Origin: Candidatus Bathyarchaeota archaeon
Lineage (GTDB): Archaea > Thermoproteota > Bathyarchaeia > Bathyarchaeales > Bathycorpusculaceae
Direction: 5' to 3'
Length of the DNA: 64,000 bases
Assembly (NCBI GenBank): GCA_963826715.1
Contig: CAWGYA010000005.1
Span: 32,001-96,000 of the forward strand
This document shows positions 19,778 through 30,860 of the stretch, piece by piece. A model generated the notes under the pieces. It did not search any database and had not been told where the DNA came from. It was given only the letters and a program-made list of their open reading frames with translations. The position numbers and the translations under genes were made by a program. Numbering within the stretch: the stretch's first letter is position 1; every line of letters begins with the position of its first letter.

Positions 19778-21238
19778 TTATCGTGTTAGCCATCCGTTTT
19801 TTTTGAATCCTTTTATGGCAGGAAACAATACCCAAGGCAAAATGAAGGCTGACATTAGGTTCATAATTGGTTTGTATTTCCATTGTTTGGCTGTCGGATC
19901 TCTAAATTTGTAGTCTAAACCCATCACTGAGCCAATCAGTAGTTGCCCGGCTACGTATGTGAGTGGGTAAATGTAGGAGTGCAGAAAGATTGGGCCGTAG
20001 ATGAATATTGAGAAGATGACTACTGGCGCTATGAAGGCTGACATGAATTCGAGATAGAATAGTAGCGCCATGATTGGGTTTTTGTGCCAGAAGAAGGCGC
20101 TTATGAAGAAGGTTGAGCGTAAGTAGCCTTTTTTCCATCGTGTTTGTTGTCTGTAGTAGGTTCTAAAGTTTTCTGGTACGTCTGTGTATACGACGGCTGT
20201 TGGGGCGTAGACTGTTTCCCATTCAACTGCCATTGCTTGGGCTGTTAAGCCTCTGTCTTCGGCGTCGTCGTAGCTTGCCATTGAAGTTAAGAGGTGTTTT
20301 CTTAGTGGTGCTAGTTGACCTTTTGCCCAGGGTGTGGCGATTGTGAAGGTGGTTAGGTTTCTGTCGTCGCCGTATTGTATTTTGTCGTTTGCCCAATGTG
20401 TCATAAATTCGCTTATTGCCTCTCGGCGATATGCGGCTAGGCATCCTGATAGGCAGAGTACTGTGCCAAATGTGCTCTCTGAGGTTTTACCCATGTTAAA
20501 GGAGTAGTCATACCAGGCGTCTTGGCATTTTGTTAAAAAGTTTTTGTCTGCGTTGAGGACTTTGCCGTTGCCGACGATGCCGCCTACTTTTGGGTTTGCT
20601 GTGAAGACTTTCATGAATTCTGCTATGGCGTATTTGTCTACGATGCTGTCTGAGTCGATTAGAATGAGGAAATTTCCTTTTGCTGCGTAGAATCCTGTTG
20701 CGACTGCTGTTCTTTTTCCTCCGTTCTCTTTATGGATGACTTTTAGTCGGGGATATTTTTTTGCGAGTTCATTTAGGACTTGTTTGGTTTGGTCTTTGCT
20801 TCCATCGTTAACTGCAACTATTTCTATGTTGTTGTATGTGGATTGGTAAATTGCGTTTATTACTTTCTCTATGAGGTTTTCTTGGTTGTAGGCTGGTATG
20901 ATGACTGAAACCATGTCGTTTGGGATTTTGCCGGTTGCTCTGTTTTTGAAGAAGATCCATCCTGTGAGTAGAGTTATCAGTGCGTGTATTGGCATTAGGG
21001 TTGAGTAGACAATTAAGGGGTCTGCGACGGATAATGCAATGGTTATGTTGAAGATCATGAATATGATCAATCCCGTGATCATTATTCCTCTTAGTACCCA
21101 TGCTTTTTTGCTAACCTGGATGCGGCCAGAGGTTGCTATGCGTTGTTTGCAGTGCTTGTATAGGTCTTCTTTGTTTTCTTCTTGCTCTTCCTCATCAAAG
21201 AGGTTTAGTTCAGCTAGAGGTTCTTGGATTAGGGCCAT
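19778..21238 (-). CDS. Processive GT2 polysaccharide synthase, hyaluronan synthase/NodC-like
   Basis: DGSKD, DSDS, CLSGCLAAYR, GDDRNLT, QQTRWKK; flanking TM helices. Confidence 0.85.
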   Translation of the reverse strand: MALIQEPLAELNLFDEEEQEENKEDLYKHCKQRIATSGRIQVSKKAWVLRGIMITGLIIFMIFNITIALSVADPLIVYSTLMPIHALITLLTGWIFFKNRATGKIPNDMVSVIIPAYNQENLIEKVINAIYQSTYNNIEIVAVNDGSKDQTKQVLNELAKKYPRLKVIHKENGGKRTAVATGFYAAKGNFLILIDSDSIVDKYAIAEFMKVFTANPKVGGIVGNGKVLNADKNFLTKCQDAWYDYSFNMGKTSESTFGTVLCLSGCLAAYRREAISEFMTHWANDKIQYGDDRNLTTFTIATPWAKGQLAPLRKHLLTSMASYDDAEDRGLTAQAMAVEWETVYAPTAVVYTDVPENFRTYYRQQTRWKKGYLRSTFFISAFFWHKNPIMALLFYLEFMSAFIAPVVIFSIFIYGPIFLHSYIYPLTYVAGQLLIGSVMGLDYKFRDPTAKQWKYKPIMNLMSAFILPWVLFPAIKGFKKNGWLTR

Positions 21239-21239
21239 T

Positions 21240-21968
21240 TTAGTATCCTCTTGTCTGAACAAGTTCTATAAGTTCGGAAGCGTTCATGAATTGGAAAGGT
21301 CCTGTTTTAAGTTCGAGTAATATTGATTCGACTTGTTGGGTTGTTTGGGTGTTGTCGAATTGGATTATTAGGGGTGTTGGGGTTATTTGTTGTGTGAGTA
21401 GGTATTCTGTTGTGCAAGCTTTTGTATCGTATATGTTGGCGGCTATTTTTTCAAATCGTTCATTTCTGTATATGTTGAAGTGATCAGTGTAGGAAAAATC
21501 TGCTTTTATGCCTGAGCGGTTTAGCATTGAGAAGATATTTTCGTCTGTGGCGCCGTTTGGTGCTTTAAAGAATGTTGAATTTGTTTTTGCGGCGTTGTCT
21601 ATTGCGGTTTTGCCTTGTTCGACTTCCCAGAGTTTGAGGGAATAATCGTTTATGTTGTTCAAGTTGACGTGGTCGTATGTTAGGCTGCCGAAGTCTACTT
21701 GGTTGTTAAAGCAGGTGATTGTTTGAGGGTTTTGTTCAGCTACTTTGCCTTCGATGAAGATTGCGGCTGGTAAATTGTATGTGGATAGAGTGGAGGAGAG
21801 GTTTTGGCACCAGTTGGAAACGTCGTTTGCTTCTGATATGGTGAAACTCAGCATTACCACTTGTTTTGGCGCCGCTTTATCTTGATTAAGAAATAGTGGG
21901 GCTATCATTGCAAACCCCGCAATAATTACCAGTATTGTGGCGATTGTTGCGGTTTGGCGCAAATTCAA
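21240..21968 (-). CDS. NodB-like polysaccharide deacetylase, membrane anchored, degenerate active site
   Basis: LPAAIFIEG, GSLTYDH, FKAPNG; motif-1 'TFDD' replaced by 'SFTI'. Confidence 0.75.
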   Translation of the reverse strand: MNLRQTATIATILVIIAGFAMIAPLFLNQDKAAPKQVVMLSFTISEANDVSNWCQNLSSTLSTYNLPAAIFIEGKVAEQNPQTITCFNNQVDFGSLTYDHVNLNNINDYSLKLWEVEQGKTAIDNAAKTNSTFFKAPNGATDENIFSMLNRSGIKADFSYTDHFNIYRNERFEKIAANIYDTKACTTEYLLTQQITPTPLIIQFDNTQTTQQVESILLELKTGPFQFMNASELIELVQTRGY

Positions 21969-21971
21969 AAC

Positions 21972-22871
21972 TTAAGTTGCTCCCGAGGCGACTTCTTTTT
22001 TTATTGTTTGGTTTGTTGTGATTTCAGGTAGCGGGATGAATACGAAGTTTTGATTGTTGAGTTTGTTTTCGTAGATTTCGTTTGATTTCATTGCAGCAGC
22101 AATAGTGGAGTTTGGGAGTAGGTGTTTTGAGAGTTCAAAGTACATTTTTGTGTCTTTTGGTAAGCAGTGTCCGCCTATGCCGCTTTTGGCGTCTAATATG
22201 TTTTCGTTCCATTTTGAGTTGACTGCTGCTTGAAGTTCGGTGAAGTCTAGGTTTTGGTCATCGCAGAACATTTTGAGTTCTTCAGCAAAGGCTATTTCTA
22301 AATATCTGTGTGTGTTTTCGATGACTTTGGTTAGCTCAGCCATTTCTATAGAAGACAGGGTGTGTATGGGGATGTCCAGAACTTGTTGATAGAATTTTAA
22401 TGCTTCATGGGTGCAGCAATTGTTGCAACCAGCGAGGACTCGTAGTTGTTTAACTCCGTGTTCTATTTTTTCTTGATTGAAGTATCTGTGGGGAATGTGT
22501 GCTATATGAAGCCGGTGCTGAATGATGTCGTATACTTGTCTGCTTGTTCCTTTGGGTATGGTGCTTTCGATAGTTAGAAGTGCGCCTGGTTTTCCTTCAA
22601 CTGCTAATCGTTTTGCTACCCCCAATAATCCTTCGAGGTAAGGAACGAAAATGTTTGTGGGGTTATGGGTTGAAACGCAAATCATGTAGTAATCGTAGTC
22701 TTGGAAGTTTTTTGCTTCTTTTTTGATGATTCCGGCGTCCAGGGCTCTTTTTACTGCTTTTTGGTTTATGTCGTAGCCTTCGACGTCTAACCCCATACCG
22801 CTCATGTATTCTGCGTTGTTGTATCCTATTTCGCCTAATCCAATGACTAATATTTTGTTATCTGTTTTCAA
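21972..22871 (-). CDS. Nucleotide-sugar dehydrogenase (UDP-ManNAc/GlcNAc type), lacking the C-terminal domain
   Basis: GLGEIG, ICVST, IESTIPKGT, AELTKVIENT.R, GIGGHCLPKD. Confidence 0.88.
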   Translation of the reverse strand: MKTDNKILVIGLGEIGYNNAEYMSGMGLDVEGYDINQKAVKRALDAGIIKKEAKNFQDYDYYMICVSTHNPTNIFVPYLEGLLGVAKRLAVEGKPGALLTIESTIPKGTSRQVYDIIQHRLHIAHIPHRYFNQEKIEHGVKQLRVLAGCNNCCTHEALKFYQQVLDIPIHTLSSIEMAELTKVIENTHRYLEIAFAEELKMFCDDQNLDFTELQAAVNSKWNENILDAKSGIGGHCLPKDTKMYFELSKHLLPNSTIAAAMKSNEIYENKLNNQNFVFIPLPEITTNQTIKKEVASGAT

Positions 22872-23564
22872 TTGAATCCCTTTTCAGCGTATCGTATATT
22901 GAGAAGTAATAAACATTATTGAATATCGAAATTGAACTTCAGTTGTCCAACATCAATACACACTATAGAAAGGTTAGGCATTTTGAAACATTGATTAAAA
23001 TAAAACTGGGGGTAATATTGGAAATAGTTACTATCTTTTTATTGGCTTGGATTAATTGTGTTTAATTTGAAATTCGCTTAAGTAATTTTTAAGTTTAATT
23101 TTTTAAAAAATGTCATTTATATTTTTTAAATTTGATGTATCGTATCTGGAAATATAGTTTAAATGCTTTTTTCTTGCTGATCTGATTTGCAGGAGGATTA
23201 TAAGATAGTAACCGTAGAATGGGGTGGGAATAGGAGAAGGCTGTGTAGTAATTCATTTCACAACTTTTATTGGCGCCTCTATAAGCTTGGTTAAAAAATC
23301 GTGCAACTTACTGTTAGTTGCTATCGGTTGCTTGTTTGCTCCTATTGTTATTGGCTCTTGTCAATACTACAACTTTAATGTTAATACCAAATACTTAAAT
23401 GAAATAAGCTTTGAAAGATTCTTCTATATTGAGGAGGAAGGAGATCACAGTAAAAAGGCTTAGTTAGACTACATGCTTTCTTATCCACTTCTGTCAGGAA
23501 GGGATTAGATAGTGTAATCTATGCTTGTACTTTAAGTTATGAAGTTAATTTTGAGGTGTTTTAG

Positions 23565-23909
23565 TTGGGTAAAAACCGTGATCGCCTTTGCATCGTTGCA
23601 GCAATCTTGGAAGCGGCGAATTCTGGCGCAAGCAAAACAAGAATAATGTTTAGCGCCAACCTAAGCTTTAGCCTTCTAGAAAAGTATTTAGACATAACTA
23701 TCAAAGCTGGGTTCATCGAGGTTTCGGAGAGTAAGTATGTTTTAACGGAAAACGGACGTGGTTTCCTTCGAGAATACAAGCATATCCAATCGAGATACGA
23801 CAATGCCCAGAAAATGCTGGATTTGTTGGAATATGAAAGGGATCGGCTTTCAGAGTTGTGTAAAGGATATGGGTTTAATCAATTGAAATCAATAATTGAT
23901 TTAGAATAA
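23565..23909 (+). CDS. Winged-HTH regulator (HTH_45/DUF4364-like)
   Basis: RDRL.IVAAILE...KTRIMFSANLSF..LEKYL...YVLTENG. Confidence 0.88.
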   Translation: MGKNRDRLCIVAAILEAANSGASKTRIMFSANLSFSLLEKYLDITIKAGFIEVSESKYVLTENGRGFLREYKHIQSRYDNAQKMLDLLEYERDRLSELCKGYGFNQLKSIIDLE

Positions 23910-23999
23910 GTTTTGTGTATATTGAAAAACTTTTTTTCCAAATGAGCCTACCAATTTTTTTAAAATAATTAGAAACCGCTAATTAAGGAAGCTGCAATT

Positions 24000-24698
24000 T
24001 TGACCAAAGCAGATAACCAGCTTAGCCCCTCAACACAAATAATAATTGCAGCCTTAAATGAAGAAGAAGGAATAGGCCTAACCATAGCTGAACTTCTCGA
24101 CAGTATATGTAACTCTCGTCTTCTTGTAGTCGATGGGAAAAGCACCGATAGAACAGTTGAGATAGCAAAGAGCTTTGGCGCTGAAATTGTAATCCAAAAC
24201 AAAAGTGGTAAAGGCGACGCATTAAAAAAAGGCCTTGAACACTTGGATCCAAACGCCAAATATGTAGTAGTTACCGATGCAGACTACACCTACCCTGGAA
24301 ATAGAGTCCCAGAAATGATAGCGCTTCTAGAAGCAAACCCCGAAGTAGGAATGGTATGTGGCAACCGATTCAACGGAGACGTTAACCCCAAAGCCTCAAG
24401 TAGAGTATTCCACTTTGGGAACAAACTCATAACCTTTACCCACAATACCTTAAACGGAATCCCCCTAAAAGACCCACTAACAGGCCTACGTGTTATACGT
24501 GCAGCGATTTTGAGAAACTGGAAGGTTAAATCCAAAGGCTTTGATATCGAGGTAGAATTAAATTATCATGTTGAGCGGCGAGGATATGCCATCGTCGAAG
24601 TTGACATTGAGTATCGTGAGAGACTTGGCGAGAAAAAACTTAAGGTTAGACATGCGGCCGAAATTTTAAAGCGCATTATATTAGAGACAATGTATTGA
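24000..24698 (+). CDS. GT2 dolichol-phosphate glycosyltransferase-like (DPM1/AglJ-like)
   Basis: ALNEEEGI, VDGKSTD, DADYTYP, DPLTGLR, FDIEVE, YRERLGEKKL. Confidence 0.9.
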   Translation: MTKADNQLSPSTQIIIAALNEEEGIGLTIAELLDSICNSRLLVVDGKSTDRTVEIAKSFGAEIVIQNKSGKGDALKKGLEHLDPNAKYVVVTDADYTYPGNRVPEMIALLEANPEVGMVCGNRFNGDVNPKASSRVFHFGNKLITFTHNTLNGIPLKDPLTGLRVIRAAILRNWKVKSKGFDIEVELNYHVERRGYAIVEVDIEYRERLGEKKLKVRHAAEILKRIILETMY

Positions 24699-24764
24699 AC
24701 CATTTGTTTTCCTTAAAAAAATATAATCAATTTTACCTTCAATTTAACTGGAAAAGAAACAAAC

Positions 24765-25268
24765 ATGCACTTTCTTCGTAAAATGTCCAGCATAACCTTG
24801 TTATGCATGCTAATGCTTAGCATATGCTTTCTAAGCGTCCAACAGGCTATTGCGCAAACGGACCAAACAACCTCAAAGCTGCAGGCAGCCAACAACACTA
24901 TCAACCAGGCCTTTAACGTTGTTCTTGATGCAGAAAAAGCAGGCGCAAACACTACCGATCTGTTGGCTCAGATAAACACAGCCCAGAAGATCTTGGCTCA
25001 AGCAGAAAACTCGTATCGAATCGGAGACACCAACAAGGCCACAGCTAAAGCAGAAAGCGTTCTCCCAATAGCACAACAAGTCACTCTCGACGCTCAAAAC
25101 GCGAAACAAAACGCCATAATCTCCAGTCAAAACGCTTTTGGTCCACGATAGTACTAACAGTAGTCGGTGTTTTCGTGTTTGTTTTGGTTCTGTTTTTGAT
25201 ATGGCGCCGAGTTAAACAAAATTACATTAAGGGTTATCTGAGCTAAACCTGAGGTAGTCAACCAATGA
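24765..25268 (+). CDS. Secreted helical protein with C-terminal TM anchor, frameshifted
   Basis: After a shift at the T-run 25136-25139 the frame continues WSTIVLTVVGVFVFVLVLFLIWRR...KPEVVNQ*, with further indels. Confidence 0.65.
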
Positions 25269-25882
25269 AACTTGGAGACTACAAACTCATCTTTATCGTA
25301 ACTGCGATAATTGGCTCATTACTCATCGCCTCCCCCGCAATCGCAGGAGTCATTCGCCTTCCAGAAGGAGAGCAATTTTCTGAGCTTTACATTTTAGGCC
25401 CAGAACGTATGGCTCAAGATTACCCATTTAACATAATTCCCAACCAGAACTATTCTGTTTACATTAACGTTGGCAACCAAATGGGTTCCTCAGAGTATTA
25501 CTTAATCTACGTTAAGCTCTTGAACGCCACCGACCCTTTGCCGAGTAACTCAGGAACCCCAAGTTCAGAACAGCCTTTGTATGAATACCGTTTCTCAATT
25601 CAAAACGGTCAAACTTTTGAAAATCTACTAACATTCTCAATATCCAATCCAATCATCTCTAATAACCAAGCCACCATCGGTAACATCAACACAAATGGCT
25701 ATAATTACTCTGCAAACAAATCAGCAATTTGGAACTCTACTAAGTCCATGTTTGAATTCAGGTTAATCTTCGAGCTTTGGATGTTTAACAATCAATCAAG
25801 CATGATTGAATACAACAGCAGGTATGTAAGTCTAGTCTTAAATTTGACTACTTCAGGCAGCGTTTTAGCCATTTCCCGCTAA
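25265..25882 (+). CDS. DUF1616 domain protein
   Basis: EQFSELYILGP...YP.N......V...V.N, RLIFELW. Confidence 0.82.
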   Translation: MKLGDYKLIFIVTAIIGSLLIASPAIAGVIRLPEGEQFSELYILGPERMAQDYPFNIIPNQNYSVYINVGNQMGSSEYYLIYVKLLNATDPLPSNSGTPSSEQPLYEYRFSIQNGQTFENLLTFSISNPIISNNQATIGNINTNGYNYSANKSAIWNSTKSMFEFRLIFELWMFNNQSSMIEYNSRYVSLVLNLTTSGSVLAISR

Positions 25883-25941
25883 GACCAACAGAATAAATAT
25901 TGTGTCGGTCGAGAAAAACGGAGATTTTGTGAGGATTAAGC

Positions 25942-27174
25942 ATGTATCTTTTTGAGCTTTTTTTTAGCATTTCCTTGATTGCCTTAACTGCTGTTACAGG
26001 TTTTTACTTGAGCTATTTTTTAATTCTAAAAAGTTGTCGAAAACGTGTTGAATTAACGAGAAAAGAGAATAATCCTAAAACTTGGAAAATGGCGTCAGAA
26101 ACTCCTTCTGATGTTCCTTTTGTCTCTATTATTGTACCTGTTTATAATGAAGAGAAGATTATTTCACAAAAAATTGATAATTTAAAGCTAATTACCTACC
26201 CAGGTAAAATGGAGGTTATTTTTGTTGATGGGCACTCAAAGGACAACACCTGCGCTGTTATTGAGAAAAGGTTGCAAGGTCTCAAAACGCCTATGCGAAT
26301 AATTGCCCAAAAAGAACGTGATGGTTACACAGGCGCAGTTATAGAGGGCATCCGAAATTCTCAGGGCGAAATAATTATCGCAACGGATGCTGCATCCTAT
26401 TATTTGCCGGATGCTGTTCAATGCCTTGTAAGACATTTTATCAACCCGACAGTTGGCGCAGTTACTGGCCAGGAGATAGTTCTTGGAGACTCTAAGACAG
26501 TTGGACCAAAGCTTGAAAAAACTTACCGCTCTTTTTACGACTTCATGCGGCAGGCTGAGACCGAAATTGATTCAACCCCTGACTCAAAAGGAGAGTTACT
26601 TGCAGTAAGAAAAAATATTTGCCTCGAACTAATACCTAAATTATCTCTTTCCCCTAATGCCTCTTTTGACTCTTGTATTCCCTACCAAGCAAAATTGATG
26701 GGCTATCGAACCGTGTACGATGAGTATGCTAAATATTACGAGATTGTCCCTGCCTCAGCCTCTGATCGATTCACTCAGCAAGCCCGTAGAGCAACTATCC
26801 TAATTGGAGCTCTTTTATTGTTTAAAAACATGGTATTTAGGAAGCGATTCAATAAGTTTGGTTATCTTATTCTTCCAATGCATTTCCTAATGGACTGTGT
26901 TATGCCTAGCATATTTGTGATAGGGCTGTATTCTTTAATTGTGTCCACTTTTTTTAACCCTATTTTATTAGCGTTTTGGGCTACATTAAGTTTGTTTGTA
27001 ATTCCAATCAAAAAATTTAGGTTATTTACTTTTGCCTTTGTCCAAGCACAATTTGCGCTTACATTTGCCCTTTTCAAGTTAGCACGAAAGAATCAAACAT
27101 TGTTCATAACCAGCATTCCATCCACCCGAACTGATGTAAATCTTATTTCAACACCTATTGTTGAGTCATTATGA
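25942..27174 (+). CDS. GT2 glycosyltransferase (CesA-like, membrane)
   Basis: VSIIVPVYNEE, VDGHSKD, TDAAS, QQARR. Confidence 0.88.
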   Translation: MYLFELFFSISLIALTAVTGFYLSYFLILKSCRKRVELTRKENNPKTWKMASETPSDVPFVSIIVPVYNEEKIISQKIDNLKLITYPGKMEVIFVDGHSKDNTCAVIEKRLQGLKTPMRIIAQKERDGYTGAVIEGIRNSQGEIIIATDAASYYLPDAVQCLVRHFINPTVGAVTGQEIVLGDSKTVGPKLEKTYRSFYDFMRQAETEIDSTPDSKGELLAVRKNICLELIPKLSLSPNASFDSCIPYQAKLMGYRTVYDEYAKYYEIVPASASDRFTQQARRATILIGALLLFKNMVFRKRFNKFGYLILPMHFLMDCVMPSIFVIGLYSLIVSTFFNPILLAFWATLSLFVIPIKKFRLFTFAFVQAQFALTFALFKLARKNQTLFITSIPSTRTDVNLISTPIVESL

Positions 27175-27212
27175 ATGGCTAAGCTTCCTTGATTTCTTTG
27201 AGGAATAATGTT

Positions 27213-28256
27213 ATGAAGAAAGCACTGATTACTGGTATAACTGGTCAAGATGGATCTTACCTCTCTGAATTCTTGCTTTCTAAAGGATATGAAGTACACG
27301 GCATAATTCGCAGAGCTAGTACCTTTAATACTGAAAGAATCGATCATATCTATTTGGATCCGCATGAACCTGAAACGAAGCTCTTCTTACATTATGGTGA
27401 TTTATCTGACTCAGAGCAAGTAAACAATATTATTTTTAATATTAAGCCAGATGAAATTTACCATTTGGGCGCTCAGAGCCACGTAAGAGTAAGCTTTAAC
27501 ATGCCAGAATACACGGCAAATGTAACCGGAATAGGTACGGTTAGACTTTTGGAGGCAATTCGTCGGAGTGGTAATCATGTGAAGTTTTATCAAGCATCTA
27601 GTAGTGAAATGTTTGGACGAACTTTGGCGCCTCAGAATGAGGAATCATTTTTTAGTCCAACAAGTCCCTATGCAACGGCTAAGGTTTTCGCTTATTGGAT
27701 CGCAAAAAACTATCGATTAGGTTATGGAATGTTTGCATGCAACGGAATTCTGTTTAATCATGAATCTCCACGAAGAGGTGAAATATTCGTTACCCGAAAA
27801 GTGACAATGGGTATCGCTAAGATTTTGGCGAATAAACAACGGTTCTTATACCTTGGTAATCTACTTGCTAAAAGAGACTGGGGTTTTGCTCCAGAATATG
27901 TCACTGCCATGTGGCAGATTCTTCAAGAAATAAAGCCAGACGATTTTGTGGTTGGTACTGGAGAGACTCATTCAGTCAGAGACTTTGTTGAGGAAGCTTT
28001 TTCATATGCAGGTCTAAACTGGAAGAATTATGTTAAAATTGATGAGAAGTACTTCAGGCCAACCGAAACCGAGAATTTAGAGGCTGACTGTTCAAAAATA
28101 AAAAAAATCATAGGCTGGAGATCCCAAATTACTTTCAAAGAACTGGTTCGAATAATGGTTGATGCCGACATGCGCAAGATTGGACTAACGCCAATAGGCG
28201 AAGGGGACTCAATTTTAGCGGAAAAATTTAGTGGAAGATGGTGGAAAACCGATTGA
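27213..28256 (+). CDS. gmd: GDP-mannose 4,6-dehydratase
   Basis: [43 protein letters not shown]. Confidence 0.97.
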   Translation: MKKALITGITGQDGSYLSEFLLSKGYEVHGIIRRASTFNTERIDHIYLDPHEPETKLFLHYGDLSDSEQVNNIIFNIKPDEIYHLGAQSHVRVSFNMPEYTANVTGIGTVRLLEAIRRSGNHVKFYQASSSEMFGRTLAPQNEESFFSPTSPYATAKVFAYWIAKNYRLGYGMFACNGILFNHESPRRGEIFVTRKVTMGIAKILANKQRFLYLGNLLAKRDWGFAPEYVTAMWQILQEIKPDDFVVGTGETHSVRDFVEEAFSYAGLNWKNYVKIDEKYFRPTETENLEADCSKIKKIIGWRSQITFKELVRIMVDADMRKIGLTPIGEGDSILAEKFSGRWWKTD

Positions 28257-29212
28257 CTTTAAACCTAAAGAATAAACGTATTTTGGTAACAGGGGGCGCT
28301 GGATTTCTAGGTTCACATATAGTGGAGAACTTGGTTAAAAAAAGAGGTGTACCGGCGAGCCAAATTGTAGTCTTAAGAAGTCAAAACTCGGATCTGCGAG
28401 ATTTTGCTAATTGCAAAAAAGCCGTAGATGGCGTTGACTTAGTTATTCATTTAGCAGCAAAGGTTGGTGGTATAGGATTCAATCAAAAGAATCCTGGGAC
28501 TTTATTTTACGATAACATAATTATGGGCGTCCAATTAATGGAAGCCGCTAGGATAGCAAAAGTCGAAAAGTTTGTCCAAATCGGAACCGTTTGCGCTTAT
28601 CCCAAATTTACGCCCACCCCCTTTAGTGTAGAAAACCTCTGGAATGGGTATCCTGAAGAAACAAACGCGCCCTATGGAATCGCTAAAAAATCTTTGCTCG
28701 TTATGGCTCAGGCATATCGGCAACAATATGGTATGAACATTATTTACCTACTTCCAGTCAATTTGTATGGACCAAAAGATAACTTTGATTTAGAGTCAAG
28801 CCATGTTATACCAGCGTTAATTAGAAAGTTTATAGAAGCCTCAAGAAAAGGTGAAAAAGAAGTTGTTGTTTGGGGAACAGGTCAGGCTTCTCGTGAATTC
28901 TTGTATGTAGACGATGCGGCTGAGGCTGTTATTTTGGCGGCTCATAAATACGATAGTTCTCAGCCTGTGAATTTAGGAACCGGCCAAGAAATAAAAATTA
29001 TCGACTTAGTCAATCTAATTGCCGATTTGACTTGCTACAACGGGAGAATAGTTTGGGATAATACAAAACCTGATGGCCAGCCAAAGCGGTGCCTTGATGT
29101 AACAGTGGCAAAGAGGGAATTCGGTTTCGAGGCAAAGACTTATTTTAGGGACGGCATTAAGAAAACGATTGATTGGTTTCGTTCCTGTGAAATAGGTAAA
29201 CTATCAATTTAA
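28253..29212 (+). CDS. fcl: GDP-L-fucose synthase
   Basis: [46 protein letters not shown]. Confidence 0.95.
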   Translation: MTLNLKNKRILVTGGAGFLGSHIVENLVKKRGVPASQIVVLRSQNSDLRDFANCKKAVDGVDLVIHLAAKVGGIGFNQKNPGTLFYDNIIMGVQLMEAARIAKVEKFVQIGTVCAYPKFTPTPFSVENLWNGYPEETNAPYGIAKKSLLVMAQAYRQQYGMNIIYLLPVNLYGPKDNFDLESSHVIPALIRKFIEASRKGEKEVVVWGTGQASREFLYVDDAAEAVILAAHKYDSSQPVNLGTGQEIKIIDLVNLIADLTCYNGRIVWDNTKPDGQPKRCLDVTVAKREFGFEAKTYFRDGIKKTIDWFRSCEIGKLSI

Positions 29213-29254
29213 CGTTAACTTTCTATCTAAAACAAAGAGATTGAGTGAATATTT

Positions 29255-30247
29255 ATGGACTTGGCATCTGCATTAGTTGTGACAAGGAACAATAAGCAAA
29301 CAATTGAACAGTGTTTAGCTTCGATTTTTAATCAAAGCTATGAGAATGTTGAAATAGTAATAATCGATAGTTCAGATGATGGCACATCTTCAATCATCGC
29401 TAGCTCCATAAAGAATAAAAACAAAAACAATTTTATTGTAAAACACTTGCATTCACTACCGGCAGGAGTTGGAAACGCTAGAAACTTGGCTGTTAAAACA
29501 AGTTCTGGAAAATATCTTTTCTTTGTTGATGCTGACTTCTCCATCGACAAGGAGTATATTAAACAAGCTGTTGATATATTTTCTCAAGACAGCAAGATAG
29601 TAAGCATTAGTTTTTGCAAGGAATTTTCTCACGCTGCAAAAGGGCTTTTTCCCGCAGCCATTTACCTGTTTGATAAAGCTCGAAAACCAGTTGGTCCCGA
29701 TGGTCAATGCGACTATTGGATATGTCAGAGAAAAGTCTTTGACCTTGTCGGTTACTTTATGGAAGATTTGGAAGCCGCCGAAGACATCGAATGGGCAGCT
29801 AGAGCAAAACGAATTCTAAAAATGTTATCCAAAAAAGAAGGCTATAAAGTCGCCATTGCTCCCCATATCGCCACCTACGAAAATAAACAATGCTGGTCTA
29901 TTGGTCAATATTGGCGGAAACTGAGGTGGTATGGAACCGCTTTTGGTAACTTAAACTACATTAAAGAGACACGTAGAATAACATTTTTTGAAGTCTTCTT
30001 TATGCTTTCTCAAATTTCTTTACCCTTCTTGATAACATACGCTATCTGGGCGAATTTTCCAATATACCTTTGTTTTTTCCTTATTTCCATGTTCTTTTTG
30101 CCTTCTCTTTTCATAACTTATAGGGCTATAAGACGAGGGCTTGTAACGCGTTCGGTTTTTCTAATTCCTTTTTTGATATTATATAAATCATTCTTCTTAC
30201 TTACTGGCGCTTTTTCGAAGGTACTAGAAAACCTAACGGGCGGCTAA
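29255..30247 (+). CDS. GT2 glycosyltransferase with C-terminal TM helices
   Basis: IIDSSDDGT, ARNLA, FVDAD, AEDIEW. Confidence 0.88.
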   Translation: MDLASALVVTRNNKQTIEQCLASIFNQSYENVEIVIIDSSDDGTSSIIASSIKNKNKNNFIVKHLHSLPAGVGNARNLAVKTSSGKYLFFVDADFSIDKEYIKQAVDIFSQDSKIVSISFCKEFSHAAKGLFPAAIYLFDKARKPVGPDGQCDYWICQRKVFDLVGYFMEDLEAAEDIEWAARAKRILKMLSKKEGYKVAIAPHIATYENKQCWSIGQYWRKLRWYGTAFGNLNYIKETRRITFFEVFFMLSQISLPFLITYAIWANFPIYLCFFLISMFFLPSLFITYRAIRRGLVTRSVFLIPFLILYKSFFLLTGAFSKVLENLTGG

Positions 30248-30439
30248 AGTAATTTTAATTAAGCAATAATGTGAACTTCAGGTGAGACATAGAATGGAAT
30301 CAAAGGTTACGACCTGGCCTTCACATCAAGAAATTGCTAAGAAGATATATGGGATAAATAATCGCTCAAATATCTGAGTAAAACCATTATTGACCTATAA
30401 CACACCGCGTCGCCATAGGTAAGTGGACGCAATAAACTT

Positions 30440-30860
30440 GTAGCCAAATGCTCCCCACTGATGAAAACAACGATTTCACCTAATGCTCTTTTAGGATTAA
30501 TTAGAGTCAAGCATCTGAATTATTGTCAATTAGTAAAAATTAGGGATGCCCATAGAAGGTTGATTCATAAATAGAAATCAGAGTTGTGTATGGTGATTCT
30601 GATAGGGGCAAAGTGGAGACTGTTAATGTAGAGAACTATAATGATATTTTACGGGAGAGAATTAGGCTGTTAGCATGACGAAGTGTCTAAAAAGACTCGA
30701 TGTTTTAGGGGTACAATACTTCTGTTTGAGTTCTATTGGATCTTTATGTCTGTATTTAAGCGGGTTTGACCCCTAGAATGATGGAGGGTCGGTTGCTTCT
30801 CATGTTTAGAGTTGGAATGCTTTCTACTATCCTGTGATAACTCACTTAAAGTAAGGCAGT
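30440..30860 (+). mobile_element. Degraded IS1-family transposase remnant
   Basis: Interrupted peptides LNYCQLVKIR, VVYGDSD..VETVNVENYNDILRERI, LFEFYWIF, TPRMMEG, SHV*SWNAFYY resemble an IS1-type DDE C-terminus. Confidence 0.65.

Noticed and set aside
23224-23463. 79-aa ORF in the divergent promoter region
   Set aside because: No motif and atypical composition; likely non-coding
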